Positions 1 to 9,837 are shown, counted from the first letter of the stretch. The stretch is 42,771 nucleotides of DNA from Minisyncoccota bacterium (GCA_040880505.1 JBBDIH010000034.1:6442-49212); one strand, 5' to 3'. The notes: generated from the letters alone by a model not told the origin. Made by a program: numbers and translations.

Positions 1-302
1 TTGTTTTTCTTCTTATCTAACTTCTCTAAACCTAGTCCTTTAAATAAAAAGTATATTACTGCGGCTATAATTAAGAAATCTATAAAGACTACTACAAAAT
101 CCCCCCATAAAATTTCTGCTGAACCAACAGAAATAGAGGATTCTGCTAAAGACTCCATATCTTTAAATAAAGCACTAACAATAGGATTAACTATATCGCT
201 AACAAAGGCAGAAACCACTTTAGATACAGCACCACCCATCATAAAACCTATTGCTAATCCAACCACACCTTGTTCTCTTATAAACTTTATAAAACCTTTC
301 AT
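1..302 (-). CDS. mscL: Large-conductance mechanosensitive channel MscL (3'-truncated by window edge; not in ORF track)
   Basis: Manual translation from ATG at 302: MKGFIKFIREQGVVGLAIGFMMGGAVSKVVSAFVSDIVNPIVS...ILWGDFVVVFIDFLIIAAVIYFLFKGLGLEKLDKKKN. This matches the MscL pattern FxxF..G.VV.LA.G...G.A...VV...V.D...P plus the second TM (G.F....IDF.I.A..I). Confidence 0.93.
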   Translation of the reverse strand, partial: MKGFIKFIREQGVVGLAIGFMMGGAVSKVVSAFVSDIVNPIVSALFKDMESLAESSISVGSAEILWGDFVVVFIDFLIIAAVIYFLFKGLGLEKLDKKKN

Positions 303-309
303 TTATTTT

Positions 310-981
310 TTATAGAAGAATTTCTATCTCTGCTGCTTCAGATAAATCTGAAACCAAGGAATTTACAAATTCTCCATCTTTTTGTTGTTGTAACTCTATT
401 TTTATAGTTTCTTCTATTTCACTAAATTCAGGTAAACCTTCTTGGGTATCAGCTAATTGATTGTAGTAATCAAGAGCTTCCTGATCTGTCACTTCATCAA
501 CTTGTCCTTCTTTAGCGTTATCAATATATTTACCTATAATTATTTGTGTCTCTATGTCTGCTCTTATATAATCTTCAGTTAAATTAAATTCATCGTATAA
601 ATCATTTAACGCTTCTTCTCCACCAGCTTGAGCAACTAATGATTGATACTGAGAATCTACTTCTTCCTGAGAGGCACTATAACCATTTTCAATTGCAATT
701 TGAGTTAATAAAACTTGAGAAATTAATTGATTCAAAACTTCCCGCTCTAATTGATCAGAAAATCCTGGAGTTTCTAATTGAGCTTCTTGACCCTGTAGTA
801 TATAGGTTTGTTCTATTTGATCATAAAGAAAATTAAAATCTTTCTTTATTATTTCTTCACCATTTACAGTTGCAACAGGTTCATTTTGATTTTCAAAACT
901 AAAAATCCCTAATATTGATAACGCTGCAACTAAAGCGATCACTAAAACACCGACACCAATTAATATAGTATTTTTATTCAT
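310..981 (-). CDS. Membrane-anchored SurA N-terminal-domain (PrsA/SurA-like chaperone) protein
   Basis: N-terminal TM, then PVATVNGEEI, VLNQLISQVLLTQIA..G..AS.EEVD; no recognisable PPIase domain. Confidence 0.75.
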   Translation of the reverse strand: MNKNTILIGVGVLVIALVAALSILGIFSFENQNEPVATVNGEEIIKKDFNFLYDQIEQTYILQGQEAQLETPGFSDQLEREVLNQLISQVLLTQIAIENGYSASQEEVDSQYQSLVAQAGGEEALNDLYDEFNLTEDYIRADIETQIIIGKYIDNAKEGQVDEVTDQEALDYYNQLADTQEGLPEFSEIEETIKIELQQQKDGEFVNSLVSDLSEAAEIEILL

Positions 982-1020
982 AATAAATTTATTATAAATC
1001 TTACTTAAGTTAATAACAAA

Positions 1021-2331
1021 TTAATTAGATAAAATGACTTTTATTTTATCAATTAACTCTTCTTCTTTTACTAATTCTTGAGTTCTATTATCCATGTCTT
1101 TTACTTGAATAACTTTATTTTCTTTCTCTTTTTTACCCAAAATTAAAACTATAGGTATTTCACATTTCACTGCATAAGCTAATTGTCCTTTTAAGTTATC
1201 TTCTTGTCCTAAATAAAGCGAGCTTCGAATATTAGCCTCTCTTAGATTTTTAATAATTCTTAAATAATCTTTTCTGCAAGATTCTTCAAAATTTAAAACA
1301 AGAACATTACTGTTTTTTATATTATTAAATAAATCCATATTTTTAATTCCATCAAATAATCTATCAAAACCTAAAGAAACTCCAGTGGCTGGAATTTTTG
1401 AGCCTGTAAACTTCTCAAGTAAATTATCGTATCTACCACCTGAAAAAACACTACCTAAATCGAGATTATCCGTTAAAACTGTTTCAAATATTGGGCCTGT
1501 ATAATAATCTAATCCTCTAGCAATAGATAAATCCACTTCAATAAATTTATCTTCTACGCCTAAATCATTAGCTGATTTTATTACTGACATTAAATCGTTG
1601 GTGGTCTCCACTATTTTTTTTTGATCCTTAAATTCTTCTAAAACACTGGTTAGATCTTTTGATATAAAATCTTTTATTAACTCTATTTTTTCTTCTTTTA
1701 TCTCTTGAACAATTAAGTTTTTTTTCACTTCATCCCACGATAGTTTATCTAATTTATCTAACTCTACAAGAATATTATTAAATTTATTATTTGATATATT
1801 TATTGAATTAAAAAACTCATTTAATATAGCTCTACTACTAACTTTTATCTTAAAATTATCTAATCCAATATTTTTTAAAGTTTTATAGATCAAAGATAGC
1901 ATTTCTGCATCCGCTTCCGGTGAAGAGCTACCTATAATATCTGCATCACATTGTAAAAATTCTCTATATCTACCAGCTTGAGATTTTTCTCCTCTCCACA
2001 CTCTCCCAAGTCTATATAATTTTGCTGGAAGATCTATTTCGTTATTATAATTGGAAATTACCCTAGCCAAAGGAACGGTTAAATCAAATCTTAATCCCAT
2101 TTTACTGTCTTTATCAGATAATGTTTGATTAATCTCAAAAATTTGTTTACTTGTATTACTCTCTCCTCCAGTCAAAGTCTCTAAGCTCTCAACTGCAGGA
2201 GTTTCCAATAAAGAAAACCCAAAACTCTCAAAAGTTTTAATTATTTTTTCTATTAAATATTCTCTTTTTCTACTATCTTCTGGAAGATAATCTTTGAACC
2301 CTCCAGGTAATTGAGTATTTATATTAGTCAT
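1021..2331 (-). CDS. hisS: Histidine--tRNA ligase
   Basis: LPGGFKDYLP, LRFDLTVPLAR, GRYREFLQCDAD, ARGLDYYTG, GGRYD and a C-terminal anticodon-binding domain. Confidence 0.97.
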   Translation of the reverse strand: MTNINTQLPGGFKDYLPEDSRKREYLIEKIIKTFESFGFSLLETPAVESLETLTGGESNTSKQIFEINQTLSDKDSKMGLRFDLTVPLARVISNYNNEIDLPAKLYRLGRVWRGEKSQAGRYREFLQCDADIIGSSSPEADAEMLSLIYKTLKNIGLDNFKIKVSSRAILNEFFNSINISNNKFNNILVELDKLDKLSWDEVKKNLIVQEIKEEKIELIKDFISKDLTSVLEEFKDQKKIVETTNDLMSVIKSANDLGVEDKFIEVDLSIARGLDYYTGPIFETVLTDNLDLGSVFSGGRYDNLLEKFTGSKIPATGVSLGFDRLFDGIKNMDLFNNIKNSNVLVLNFEESCRKDYLRIIKNLREANIRSSLYLGQEDNLKGQLAYAVKCEIPIVLILGKKEKENKVIQVKDMDNRTQELVKEEELIDKIKVILSN

Positions 2332-2343
2332 ATAAGGAATTAT

Positions 2344-3624
2344 CTAAGCTTTAGCAGCTATTATCAAGTCAGAAACATTTGAGCCAGTGTTTCCAGTCTC
2401 TAAATAATCACCTGTAATTTCAAAAAAAATATATGAATCATTATTTTGTAAATATTTGTTAAAGTTTATATTTATTTCTTCTGCTTTTTCTTTTGTTAAA
2501 TAATCACACAAAGCTCCTGCATGATCCGAATTATCATAACCATCAGAAGCAAACGACATTATAATTTCTTTCTCTATAATATAAGGAAAAGCTCCTAAAA
2601 CAAGTTCTTGGTTTCTACCTCCTAAACCATTTCCTTTTATAGTTACGGTTGTTTCTCCCGCATATAACAAAACGGTTTTAGGGGGATGTTTTTTAAGTTC
2701 TTGAGCTATTTGAATGCCAATTTCTCTTGCTTCACCTTTTAAGGTGTTAGTTTTAATAAAAACACTAAAACCTAATCTTTTTGCGACTAAAGACATAATA
2801 TCTAAAGCTTTTTGATTAGAAAGAATTAATAAATTATCAGAAGAATTAAAATATCTATCATCTTTTGGGGTTTCTATTAATTTTATGTTTTCTACTCCTG
2901 TTTTTTCTAATATGGAATACTTAGAAATAATGGCTTTTGCTCCCTCTATTGTGGTGTTGTCTTTTATTGTAGGACCAGAAGATATAAATTGAAAATCATC
3001 ACCCGGAACATCAGATAAAATTAAAGAAACTGATTTTGCAGGATAAACATACTGAAGTAAAAACCCGCCCCTACAAAAAGAAATATGTTTTCTTATTGTA
3101 TTTATTTCCTGTATTGTCGCCCCAGATTTGAAAAGCTCTTTTATTATCTTTTCTTCTTCTTTTACTGAAATGCCATCTGGTAAAGTTAACATGGTAGAGC
3201 CACCACCTGAAATAACAAAAATAACAAAATCATCTTCATCCATTTTTTTAAGAAAAGAAACTAAATCTTTAGATGCTTCCTTGTTTTTATTAGAAGGAAA
3301 AGGATGAGTAGCTTCATAAGTTTTTATATTACCTAAATCCCCTTTTTCAATATCTATAACTAAACCAGAATATATTTTTTCACCTAAAATTCTTTTTAGT
3401 GTTTTTGCAGATTTAAAACCTGACTTACCAATCCCAACAATATGTAATCTTTTATTTTCTAAAGAAAAAACTTTATCTTTTATAAATAAGTTTTCTTCAT
3501 TAAGAGAAACTGAATCACTAATCACTGTCCCTATATCTATTGATTTTAAACCAGCCTCAGCAATGTTTAAGATATTTTCTCTTAAATCATTTTTCGCTAA
3601 TTGTTTAAAATTTTTTATTTTCAT
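2344..3624 (-). CDS. Glycerate 2-kinase-like protein (DUF4147 + MOFRL, TtuD family)
   Basis: GIGKS, HPFP, ISGGGS, SDVPGDD..ISSGPT, GGRNQEL, TGNTGSNVSD motifs. Confidence 0.9.
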   Translation of the reverse strand: MKIKNFKQLAKNDLRENILNIAEAGLKSIDIGTVISDSVSLNEENLFIKDKVFSLENKRLHIVGIGKSGFKSAKTLKRILGEKIYSGLVIDIEKGDLGNIKTYEATHPFPSNKNKEASKDLVSFLKKMDEDDFVIFVISGGGSTMLTLPDGISVKEEEKIIKELFKSGATIQEINTIRKHISFCRGGFLLQYVYPAKSVSLILSDVPGDDFQFISSGPTIKDNTTIEGAKAIISKYSILEKTGVENIKLIETPKDDRYFNSSDNLLILSNQKALDIMSLVAKRLGFSVFIKTNTLKGEAREIGIQIAQELKKHPPKTVLLYAGETTVTIKGNGLGGRNQELVLGAFPYIIEKEIIMSFASDGYDNSDHAGALCDYLTKEKAEEININFNKYLQNNDSYIFFEITGDYLETGNTGSNVSDLIIAAKA

Positions 3625-3635
3625 TCAATTTGTAA

Positions 3636-4889
3636 TTAATTATTGCGTAAGGCTCCTATAGTATAAATATTAGAAGGATCCCAAACCATGAAACCATTAT
3701 AATGATTTCCTAAAGAATCTTTTGTTGCTTTAATCTGAATTCCTACCATAAATTCATTATAATTAGCTCCTAAATTAAAATCCTGTATCCAAGGACGTAA
3801 CTTAACGTTTACGTCTGGATTAATATTTTTATAAGTATTTAATCTAGTTAAAGCTTTCCACATAGAAAAATAAATAACACCATAAGGTTGTTCTGCTGGA
3901 TTTTCATAATTTAAAAATCCATCAGCATAGTGAGATGGATAAACCATAGGCGCTATAAAATCAAAATGAGGAAAAGCATCTTCTAAAACTTGTCCTATTC
4001 CTAAGTCATCATAATTGATAGTTGTTAAACCAAATAAATCAGCAGATATAACTTCTTCAGATAAATTTTCTCTCAAAAAAGCAAAGAAATCCTTCATAAC
4101 ATCTTTTTGTGGTTTTACTTCATCCCAAAAAGGATACTTAGTGTCTCTTAAGTTACCATCAGAAGGAAATCTAATGTAATCAAAATTTAATTCATCGAAA
4201 CCCATTGAAGAAACCTCTTTTGCTAAAGCTAATTTATAATCCCAAGCTTCCTTCGATGAAGGGTCCAGCCAGGCCTGTCCACCATAATCCTTCCATAATT
4301 CTCCAGTTTCAATTGATTTTATAGCCAATTCAGGGTTTGCTTCGGCATAAGCTAAATCTTGAAATACCGTTATTCTAGCTATTGTATAAATTCCATTATC
4401 ATGAAGTCTTTTTATTAATCCCCTCAAATCAGGAATTCTTATGTCTTCTATATCACTATTCTCTACTTCTTTTAAATTAGAGTCATAAGCTACAAATCCA
4501 GAGAAACCATTAACGTCTATTATTAAAGAATTTATCTCGCTTCTTTTTACCATTTCTATAAAATTAGAAACTCTACTCTCTAAACCAGCTGAATTAGATG
4601 TTAAATAAAGAGCTCTAACCTCGCTTGGTGTAGGAATTTTTTCAACAGTCTTATACTCTTGAATAATTTCTTCTTCCTCTAATTTACTAAAGTCTTCAGG
4701 GTCAGAGGTTTCAGTTTCAAAATCATAAAAACTATCTATTGCTTTATTTATCTCTTCATTATTTTCTATTGATTCATCCTCTAGAGAAATTTCATAATCA
4801 CTGCTGAAATAACTTTTATCAGCAAAAATAAATAAACCCACTAAAAAAAGTAGGATTAATACCAAGGTGATAACGATAAATCTTTTCAT
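3636..4889 (-). CDS. Membrane-anchored putative glycoside hydrolase (DUF4015-like TIM barrel)
   Basis: N-terminal TM; RALYL, IARITVFQD, WLDP, GFDELNFDYIRFP, PMVYPSHY, RPWIQDF. Confidence 0.8.
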   Translation of the reverse strand: MKRFIVITLVLILLFLVGLFIFADKSYFSSDYEISLEDESIENNEEINKAIDSFYDFETETSDPEDFSKLEEEEIIQEYKTVEKIPTPSEVRALYLTSNSAGLESRVSNFIEMVKRSEINSLIIDVNGFSGFVAYDSNLKEVENSDIEDIRIPDLRGLIKRLHDNGIYTIARITVFQDLAYAEANPELAIKSIETGELWKDYGGQAWLDPSSKEAWDYKLALAKEVSSMGFDELNFDYIRFPSDGNLRDTKYPFWDEVKPQKDVMKDFFAFLRENLSEEVISADLFGLTTINYDDLGIGQVLEDAFPHFDFIAPMVYPSHYADGFLNYENPAEQPYGVIYFSMWKALTRLNTYKNINPDVNVKLRPWIQDFNLGANYNEFMVGIQIKATKDSLGNHYNGFMVWDPSNIYTIGALRNN

Positions 4890-4921
4890 GCAAATTTAGT
4901 ATACAATACTAATGTTTAGGT

Positions 4922-4977
4922 GTTTAGGTCCTCGGAGGAAATAAATATAAAATTTATGTCCTACCGAGGAACTAAAC
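4922..4977. repeat. REP-like inverted doublet (intergenic palindrome family, diverged copy)
   Basis: gtttaggtcctcggaggaaataaat (4922-4946) and atttatgtcctaccgaggaactaaac (4952-4977) are near reverse complements separated by 5 bp; similar to the elements at 9706, 13308 and 25454. Confidence 0.7.
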
Positions 4978-4993
4978 CTTTCTTCTTTTAATC

Positions 4994-5755
4994 TTACTTA
5001 ATTTCGTAAGTAAGGTTTACATTAACTCTTACTTCTTGAGAGCCAGGCTCTATAGAAGGCGCTGAATAAGCCGTGTCAGAACCACCCATACCTAAAGATT
5101 CCTCTCTTACATTGTAATAGTAAGGAGAATTTACGTTTTCACTAATATAAATTAGTTTACCTAATTTAACTCCAGCTGCTTTTGCAATTGATTTTGCTTT
5201 TTCTTTTGCTTGCTTAATTGCTTGTTCTCTAGCCTCATTTCTATACTCTGAAGGATCATCAATTGTAAATGAGGGTCCAGAAATTGAATTAGCTCCCCTT
5301 TCAACAACTCCAGTTAATAAATCACCAATAACAGAGAAGTCTCTTACTTTTACTGTTACTGACTGATTAATGGTATAACCAACTATCTCAGAAGGAGGAC
5401 ATGGTCCTACTTCACATCCATAACGTTGGTACCTTGGAGCTACTGAGTAATTAGAAGTTTTTATGTCTTCTTCTTCAACTCCACTTTCTTTAATAAAATC
5501 ATTAGCTGAATTTAACTTTTCTATATTTTCCTGTTGTAAGGCTGATATATCAGTTCCTCCTTCAGTTACTACTCTATAAGTAAATTCTGCAACATCTGGA
5601 ACTGCTACAACCTCACCTTCTCCACTTACAGAAAACTGAGAATCAGGTTCAACTGAATCTGAATAAGCAGAAACATACCACAAAGCAGAAATAATTAATA
5701 CAGCCATTAAAATCATTCCTAACTTACCTAAATTATTTTTTATTTTTATATCCAT
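4994..5755 (-). CDS. SIMPL (DUF541) domain protein
   Basis: N-terminal TM; VSGEGEVVAVPD, IKTSNYSV.P.Y, A.EQAIKQAKEKA..IA.AAG..LG, PGSQEV. Confidence 0.92.
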   Translation of the reverse strand: MDIKIKNNLGKLGMILMAVLIISALWYVSAYSDSVEPDSQFSVSGEGEVVAVPDVAEFTYRVVTEGGTDISALQQENIEKLNSANDFIKESGVEEEDIKTSNYSVAPRYQRYGCEVGPCPPSEIVGYTINQSVTVKVRDFSVIGDLLTGVVERGANSISGPSFTIDDPSEYRNEAREQAIKQAKEKAKSIAKAAGVKLGKLIYISENVNSPYYYNVREESLGMGGSDTAYSAPSIEPGSQEVRVNVNLTYEIK

Positions 5756-5804
5756 TACGATAATATTTAAATTAATTTTTATTTTTAATTAACGACTTTA
5801 AGTT

Positions 5805-6773
5805 TTAATAAATATATTCATCAATCACTTCACCCTTTGAGTTCAACAGTAATATTCTATCATGTAATTCGTCAAACACATCATCTTTTTCTATCCACAC
5901 TCTCCATTCATCTTCTAGAAAATCTTGATTACCTGAGTTTGTATTAAAACATGCCTCTGGATTGAAGTAATTTAATATAAAGTTTCTACAAGAAAGTCCT
6001 TGCTCTCCTCTAAAAGAATATACTTCACTTCGATCTGGAATCTCACAGTTTCTTACTCTTCTAATATAATTCTGACACTCGCCAGAAAGATGTGTATAAG
6101 TTGATGTTTCAGGACCAGGACAAGAGTTCGGGAAATCTGGTCTTGTCTCATATTCTTCATTTAGATAACCAGTACAAGTATTTAACCTTAAATTACCACG
6201 CCACAGGTCATCCCAATCAACCTCTGGATCATTTGGTTCCTCATCTTCATAATCTTCATAATAACCCTCATATACAATATAAATTCTTATTCTATGATCA
6301 TCTCTAACAACTATATCACTTTCAACATTATTTTCTGGTTCTGAAACATTAAAGAAATTAACCGCTTGAGGAACTGTAATGTAATTTGTATTACTCTGAA
6401 TTCTCCATCCTGTTAAATTAAGTAATTCTCCCTCGTTTAAGTTAACTTTTAAATCCATATATCTTGGAGACGTATCTGTCCCTTTTTTCCTAACAGAAGA
6501 CACTTGAACAACTCCTTTTCTACTTTCTGGATAATAAACCACTGGAATTGAAGGTTGGTTATTATTAACACCCGTATTTATGGATGTCTCTACTTGATCT
6601 TCTACCTCTTCAGCTTCTTCTTTATTTTCTTCTGTTATTTCTTCAGTTGAAGTTGTTATTTCAGAATCACTAGAACCAGACGATGGAAATAACTGGATAT
6701 CTTCTGTAACTGTTATAAAAGCAACGAAAAGAACGAAAATACTTAAAAATAAAAGAAAAGCAACATTTTTCAT
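5805..6773 (-). CDS. Hypothetical secreted/membrane-anchored protein with acidic linker and six-Cys domain
   Basis: N-terminal TM, Glu/Thr-rich linker, LNLTGWRI and terminal LLNSKGEVIDEY (lamin-tail-like flavour), six Cys in the C-terminal half. Confidence 0.6.
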   Translation of the reverse strand: MKNVAFLLFLSIFVLFVAFITVTEDIQLFPSSGSSDSEITTSTEEITEENKEEAEEVEDQVETSINTGVNNNQPSIPVVYYPESRKGVVQVSSVRKKGTDTSPRYMDLKVNLNEGELLNLTGWRIQSNTNYITVPQAVNFFNVSEPENNVESDIVVRDDHRIRIYIVYEGYYEDYEDEEPNDPEVDWDDLWRGNLRLNTCTGYLNEEYETRPDFPNSCPGPETSTYTHLSGECQNYIRRVRNCEIPDRSEVYSFRGEQGLSCRNFILNYFNPEACFNTNSGNQDFLEDEWRVWIEKDDVFDELHDRILLLNSKGEVIDEYIY

Positions 6774-6785
6774 GTAAATAATTAA

Positions 6786-7220
6786 TTATTTTAAAATATA
6801 CCTATCAACTCCAAATTTTTTTCCTGCATCATAAGCAAATAAAATAAAGAAGACTAGTATATAAATTATATGGCTATCAATAATAAACGAGTTGGCATCT
6901 GGATATGGAAAATCTAGTCTTGGTAAATAATATAAAACCATCATTAAAGCTCCAAATATAGAACTCCATCTAACAAAAATTCCTATTATCAAGGATAATC
7001 CTATTAAAGTAAGTCCCCATTCATTTAACAAATTAACAAAAGGTAAAATATCAGGAGAAGCTAACCAAGTAAACAAAGATTCAAAGTTAATTGCTCCATT
7101 CAAAAATCCTTCTGCTGACCAATCTGGGTTTAAAATTTTTGTTATGCCCGCATAAAACATTAACCAACCAATAGCAACACGCAAAAACAGAATTGATAAA
7201 TCTTTAATATTTTTAATCAT
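6786..7220 (-). CDS. DoxX family membrane protein
   Basis: FLRVAIGWLMFYAG..K, W.SAEGFL, LIGLSLIIG..VR; four TM segments. Confidence 0.85.
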   Translation of the reverse strand: MIKNIKDLSILFLRVAIGWLMFYAGITKILNPDWSAEGFLNGAINFESLFTWLASPDILPFVNLLNEWGLTLIGLSLIIGIFVRWSSIFGALMMVLYYLPRLDFPYPDANSFIIDSHIIYILVFFILFAYDAGKKFGVDRYILK

Positions 7221-7321
7221 ATAATTTATAATAAAGATTAGTATAAATAAATCAATTAATCCTGGTAATATTCATCGGGGTTTAGGTCAAAAAAACTTAA
7301 TCAACTAAAACACTATACGGT

Positions 7322-7960
7322 ATGGAAGATAAAAATATATCAATAAAAAAGGCTTTTTCTTTTGGTTGGGAAAAACTAAAAGAAAAATTTGTATTTCTTA
7401 TAACCTTAGTAGCTATAATTTGGTTTGCATCAATAATACCTTCTATAGTAATAGAAAAAATAAAAGACGGGTTTCCAACTACATCTAATTTACTACTTAT
7501 TTTTAGTGCAATAATTTCCATAATTCTAAATATAGGAATTATGAAAATATCCATAAACTTTGCTGATAAAAAAACAAGTAAAATAAAAGATTTAGTTTCT
7601 TCCTATGAATTATTTTTTAAATATCTAGGAACTCTAATAATATACTGGCTAATAATACTAGGTGGATTAATTTTATTTATAGTTCCTGGAATTATTTGGG
7701 CAATAAAATTCCAATTCTTTGGATTTGAGTTAATAGATAAAAACCTAAAACCAATAGATGCTCTAAAAAGAAGCTCTAAAATAACAAAAGGACATAAATT
7801 AAAGCTTTTTGTCTTTAATCTATTAAGTGGATCAATAAACCTTTTAGGGGTTGCTATGTTTGGTCTAGGAATATTTATAACTATTCCTATTACATCATTA
7901 GCTTTAGGATATATCTTTAGAAAACTTTCTCCTCAAAAGACCAAAAACAAGCAAAAATAA
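7322..7960 (+). CDS. Integral membrane protein, uncharacterised
   Basis: Multiple TMs; G.ILFIVPGIIW.....F......D....IDALKRS..IT.G.K..LF pattern of common hypothetical membrane proteins. Confidence 0.7.
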   Translation: MEDKNISIKKAFSFGWEKLKEKFVFLITLVAIIWFASIIPSIVIEKIKDGFPTTSNLLLIFSAIISIILNIGIMKISINFADKKTSKIKDLVSSYELFFKYLGTLIIYWLIILGGLILFIVPGIIWAIKFQFFGFELIDKNLKPIDALKRSSKITKGHKLKLFVFNLLSGSINLLGVAMFGLGIFITIPITSLALGYIFRKLSPQKTKNKQK

Positions 7961-8458
7961 AAATACAGTAAAACTCATCATTGGCATTGTTATATAACCT
8001 AATTCCATAATTTGAATATTTGAACAATTAGCTACTGAAGAACTCGGATCACAGAAAAAACTATCAGAACCCGTCATTTGTATTAAATAATGATAACCTG
8101 CCAGTAAAAGACCAATAAAAGAAGTTAATAAAGTTAAATCTAATAAAACTTTGTCTTCTTTTTTGTATATAGCAAATCCTAATATTAACACTTGAGGATA
8201 TATAAAAATCCTTTGATACCAACAAAGATCGCAAGGAGGTAACCCTACTATTTCAGAATAAAAAAGACTCCCTAGAGTTGCTCCTAAAACTATTAAAAAA
8301 GAAAGTTTAAAGTATTTATTTAATAAAAACTTGTAAAACTGTTTAAAGTATCTTTTTTGTCTAAACGAAGGAAATAAAAAATAAAGAAAACCAATAAATA
8401 TAAAAACTTGTAGTAATAAAGTAAAAACTGAAAATGTTTTATTTAGTATAATATCCAT
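7904..8458 (-). CDS. dsbB: Disulfide bond formation protein B (DsbB/BdbC family)
   Basis: SLFYSEIVGLPPCDLCWYQRI..YP, second Cys pair (FFCD...ANCS), YITMPMMS; four TMs. Confidence 0.9.
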   Translation of the reverse strand: MDIILNKTFSVFTLLLQVFIFIGFLYFLFPSFRQKRYFKQFYKFLLNKYFKLSFLIVLGATLGSLFYSEIVGLPPCDLCWYQRIFIYPQVLILGFAIYKKEDKVLLDLTLLTSFIGLLLAGYHYLIQMTGSDSFFCDPSSSVANCSNIQIMELGYITMPMMSFTVFLFLLVFGLLRRKFSKDIS

Positions 8459-8493
8459 ACAATAATGACTATACTATAATTTAAAATTAAAAT

Positions 8494-8516
8494 AAAAAAC
8501 CCCGACATAGCGAGGC
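8494..8516 (-). terminator. Probable intrinsic terminator of the 8534..8890 ORF
   Basis: Minus-strand RNA GCCUCG-cuaugu-CGGGGU (two G-U pairs) followed by a U run, just past the stop codon. Confidence 0.5.
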
Positions 8517-8533
8517 TTTATAAAATTAATATA

Positions 8534-8890
8534 TTAAGCTGCTCTTTCTCCTAAGAGAAATTTTCCGGTTTGTACTGCTCCATTACCTTTCAGTTCTTTT
8601 ACAACATCATTTACAAAATCATCAATCAAATAATGTTTACCAAAATAGATGCCTAGAGAGTCATTTTCTGTTCTTTTTAAGAACTTCTTATGCCCTATAA
8701 TCATGCCCTGCAAAATTTGACCAAGTAAAACTTCTGGTCCTTCTTTAGTTTTTGCTAGAGTTCCATGTAATAAACATTTGTACCTGTTTACCCTTGATAT
8801 ACAGAAATCATGCCCCGAAAGACATATATGAAGGTTATCAAGGTTTTCGTAAATAACTTGAGCGGTGGGAATGTGTCTTCTGACTGTCAT
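8534..8890 (-). CDS. Hypothetical protein (orphan)
   Basis: 118-aa ORF with AGGA upstream of the ATG and a downstream hairpin; no recognised motif. Confidence 0.55.
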   Translation of the reverse strand: MTVRRHIPTAQVIYENLDNLHICLSGHDFCISRVNRYKCLLHGTLAKTKEGPEVLLGQILQGMIIGHKKFLKRTENDSLGIYFGKHYLIDDFVNDVVKELKGNGAVQTGKFLLGERAA

Positions 8891-8968
8891 ATCTTTTCCT
8901 ATTGTTTAGTTTTAAATTTAACACTAAAATTAATTTTTACATCTTTCTAAAATTTTGGCAAATAAAAA

Positions 8969-8991
8969 CCCCTACATAAACAATGTAGGGG
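8969..8991 (-). terminator. Intrinsic terminator of the 9000..9623 ORF
   Basis: 9-bp stem cccctacat/atgtagggg, 5-nt loop, followed by TTTTT on the minus strand. Confidence 0.75.
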
Positions 8992-8999
8992 CGTGGAAA

Positions 9000-9623
9000 T
9001 TAAATTATTATTTTTTCCACTTCAGATAAATAGATCACCTCCTTTATTAGATTTTGTGATAAACCTTCCAGATTCAATCTGTGAAGAAAATAGGATTCAA
9101 TTAACTTTGAATCAAATTCTTTACTCAATTCTTCTGGTTTTAATCTTTTTGAATCAAAATTATCCATGATTCTTTCTGCAATTTCAAACAAAACTGGAAC
9201 GTCTTTTTTAATAGAATTAATAAACTCTATAGAAAGAATAAATCCCTCTTTTATTTGAAAATATTTTCTGATCTCTCTAACAACTAAACCAGCTAGTAGA
9301 TTTTGGTTTGTTATGTTGCTCGGGTTATCAATAAATATTTTTCTTCTGTAATCCTCTAGTTTCCTAGATATACCTCTAACAAAAAATCTCATTTTTTCTT
9401 TTCCTTTATTTCTTTTTTTTGGAAAATAATCAATAATGCGAGAAATTAAGGGTTCAGTATTAATACAAACGTATATGCTTGTATTAGGGATTAAGATGTT
9501 TTCAAAGTAGTAAAAAAATCCAATCAAATCTGAACAGATTTTTATATCTTCTTCGAAAACACCACAAGACAGAAGCATTCTTATATTTTTTTCTTTCATC
9601 TGGTTCATCACTTTCATAGCCAA
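9000..9623 (-). CDS. Hypothetical protein (orphan)
   Basis: 207-aa ORF with AAGGAG RBS, upstream promoter and own terminator; no recognised motif. Confidence 0.65.
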   Translation of the reverse strand: MAMKVMNQMKEKNIRMLLSCGVFEEDIKICSDLIGFFYYFENILIPNTSIYVCINTEPLISRIIDYFPKKRNKGKEKMRFFVRGISRKLEDYRRKIFIDNPSNITNQNLLAGLVVREIRKYFQIKEGFILSIEFINSIKKDVPVLFEIAERIMDNFDSKRLKPEELSKEFDSKLIESYFLHRLNLEGLSQNLIKEVIYLSEVEKIII

Positions 9624-9660
9624 GCTCCTTTTATTTAAAGTTTTTCAATTACTAAAAAGT

Positions 9661-9689
9661 AGAGTAACACTCAAATAAATTACTGTCAA
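9661..9689 (-). promoter_or_regulatory. Putative sigma70 promoter for the 9000..9623 ORF
   Basis: Minus strand TTGACA (9689-9684), 17-nt spacer ending TGT (extended -10), TACTCT (9666-9661). Confidence 0.55.
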
Positions 9690-9705
9690 ATCTGTCACAA
9701 TCTTT

Positions 9706-9779
9706 ATTTATGCCCTCGGGAGGCATAAATAAAGGTAATCTTAAGTTAATCCTCATTTATGCCTCCCGAGGGCATAAAT
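9706..9779. repeat. REP-like inverted doublet
   Basis: atttatgccctcgggaggcataaat (9706-9730) and its exact reverse complement atttatgcctcccgagggcataaat (9755-9779), 24-bp spacer; each unit is a 9-bp-stem hairpin. Confidence 0.9.
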
Positions 9780-9808
9780 ATTTGGACTCAGTTTCTTTAG
9801 TAAAAAAC

Positions 9809-9837
9809 AAAAACACGCCACATTGTGGCGTGTTTTT
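9809..9837 (-). terminator. Intrinsic terminator downstream of rpsP
   Basis: Perfect inverted repeat aaaaacacgccac-att-gtggcgtgttttt. Confidence 0.8.

Noticed and set aside
1-315. Plus-strand 104-aa ORF in the track
   Set aside because: Antisense shadow of mscL, which translates cleanly on the minus strand.
7225-7320. Possible riboswitch or ncRNA in the doxX intergenic region
   Set aside because: A slightly GC-richer patch, but I could not find a convincing stem set or known aptamer motif; an Rfam scan would be needed.
9706-9779. Possible mini CRISPR array
   Set aside because: Only two units, in inverted orientation, with a spacer that is itself repeated at 13347; no cas genes in the window.
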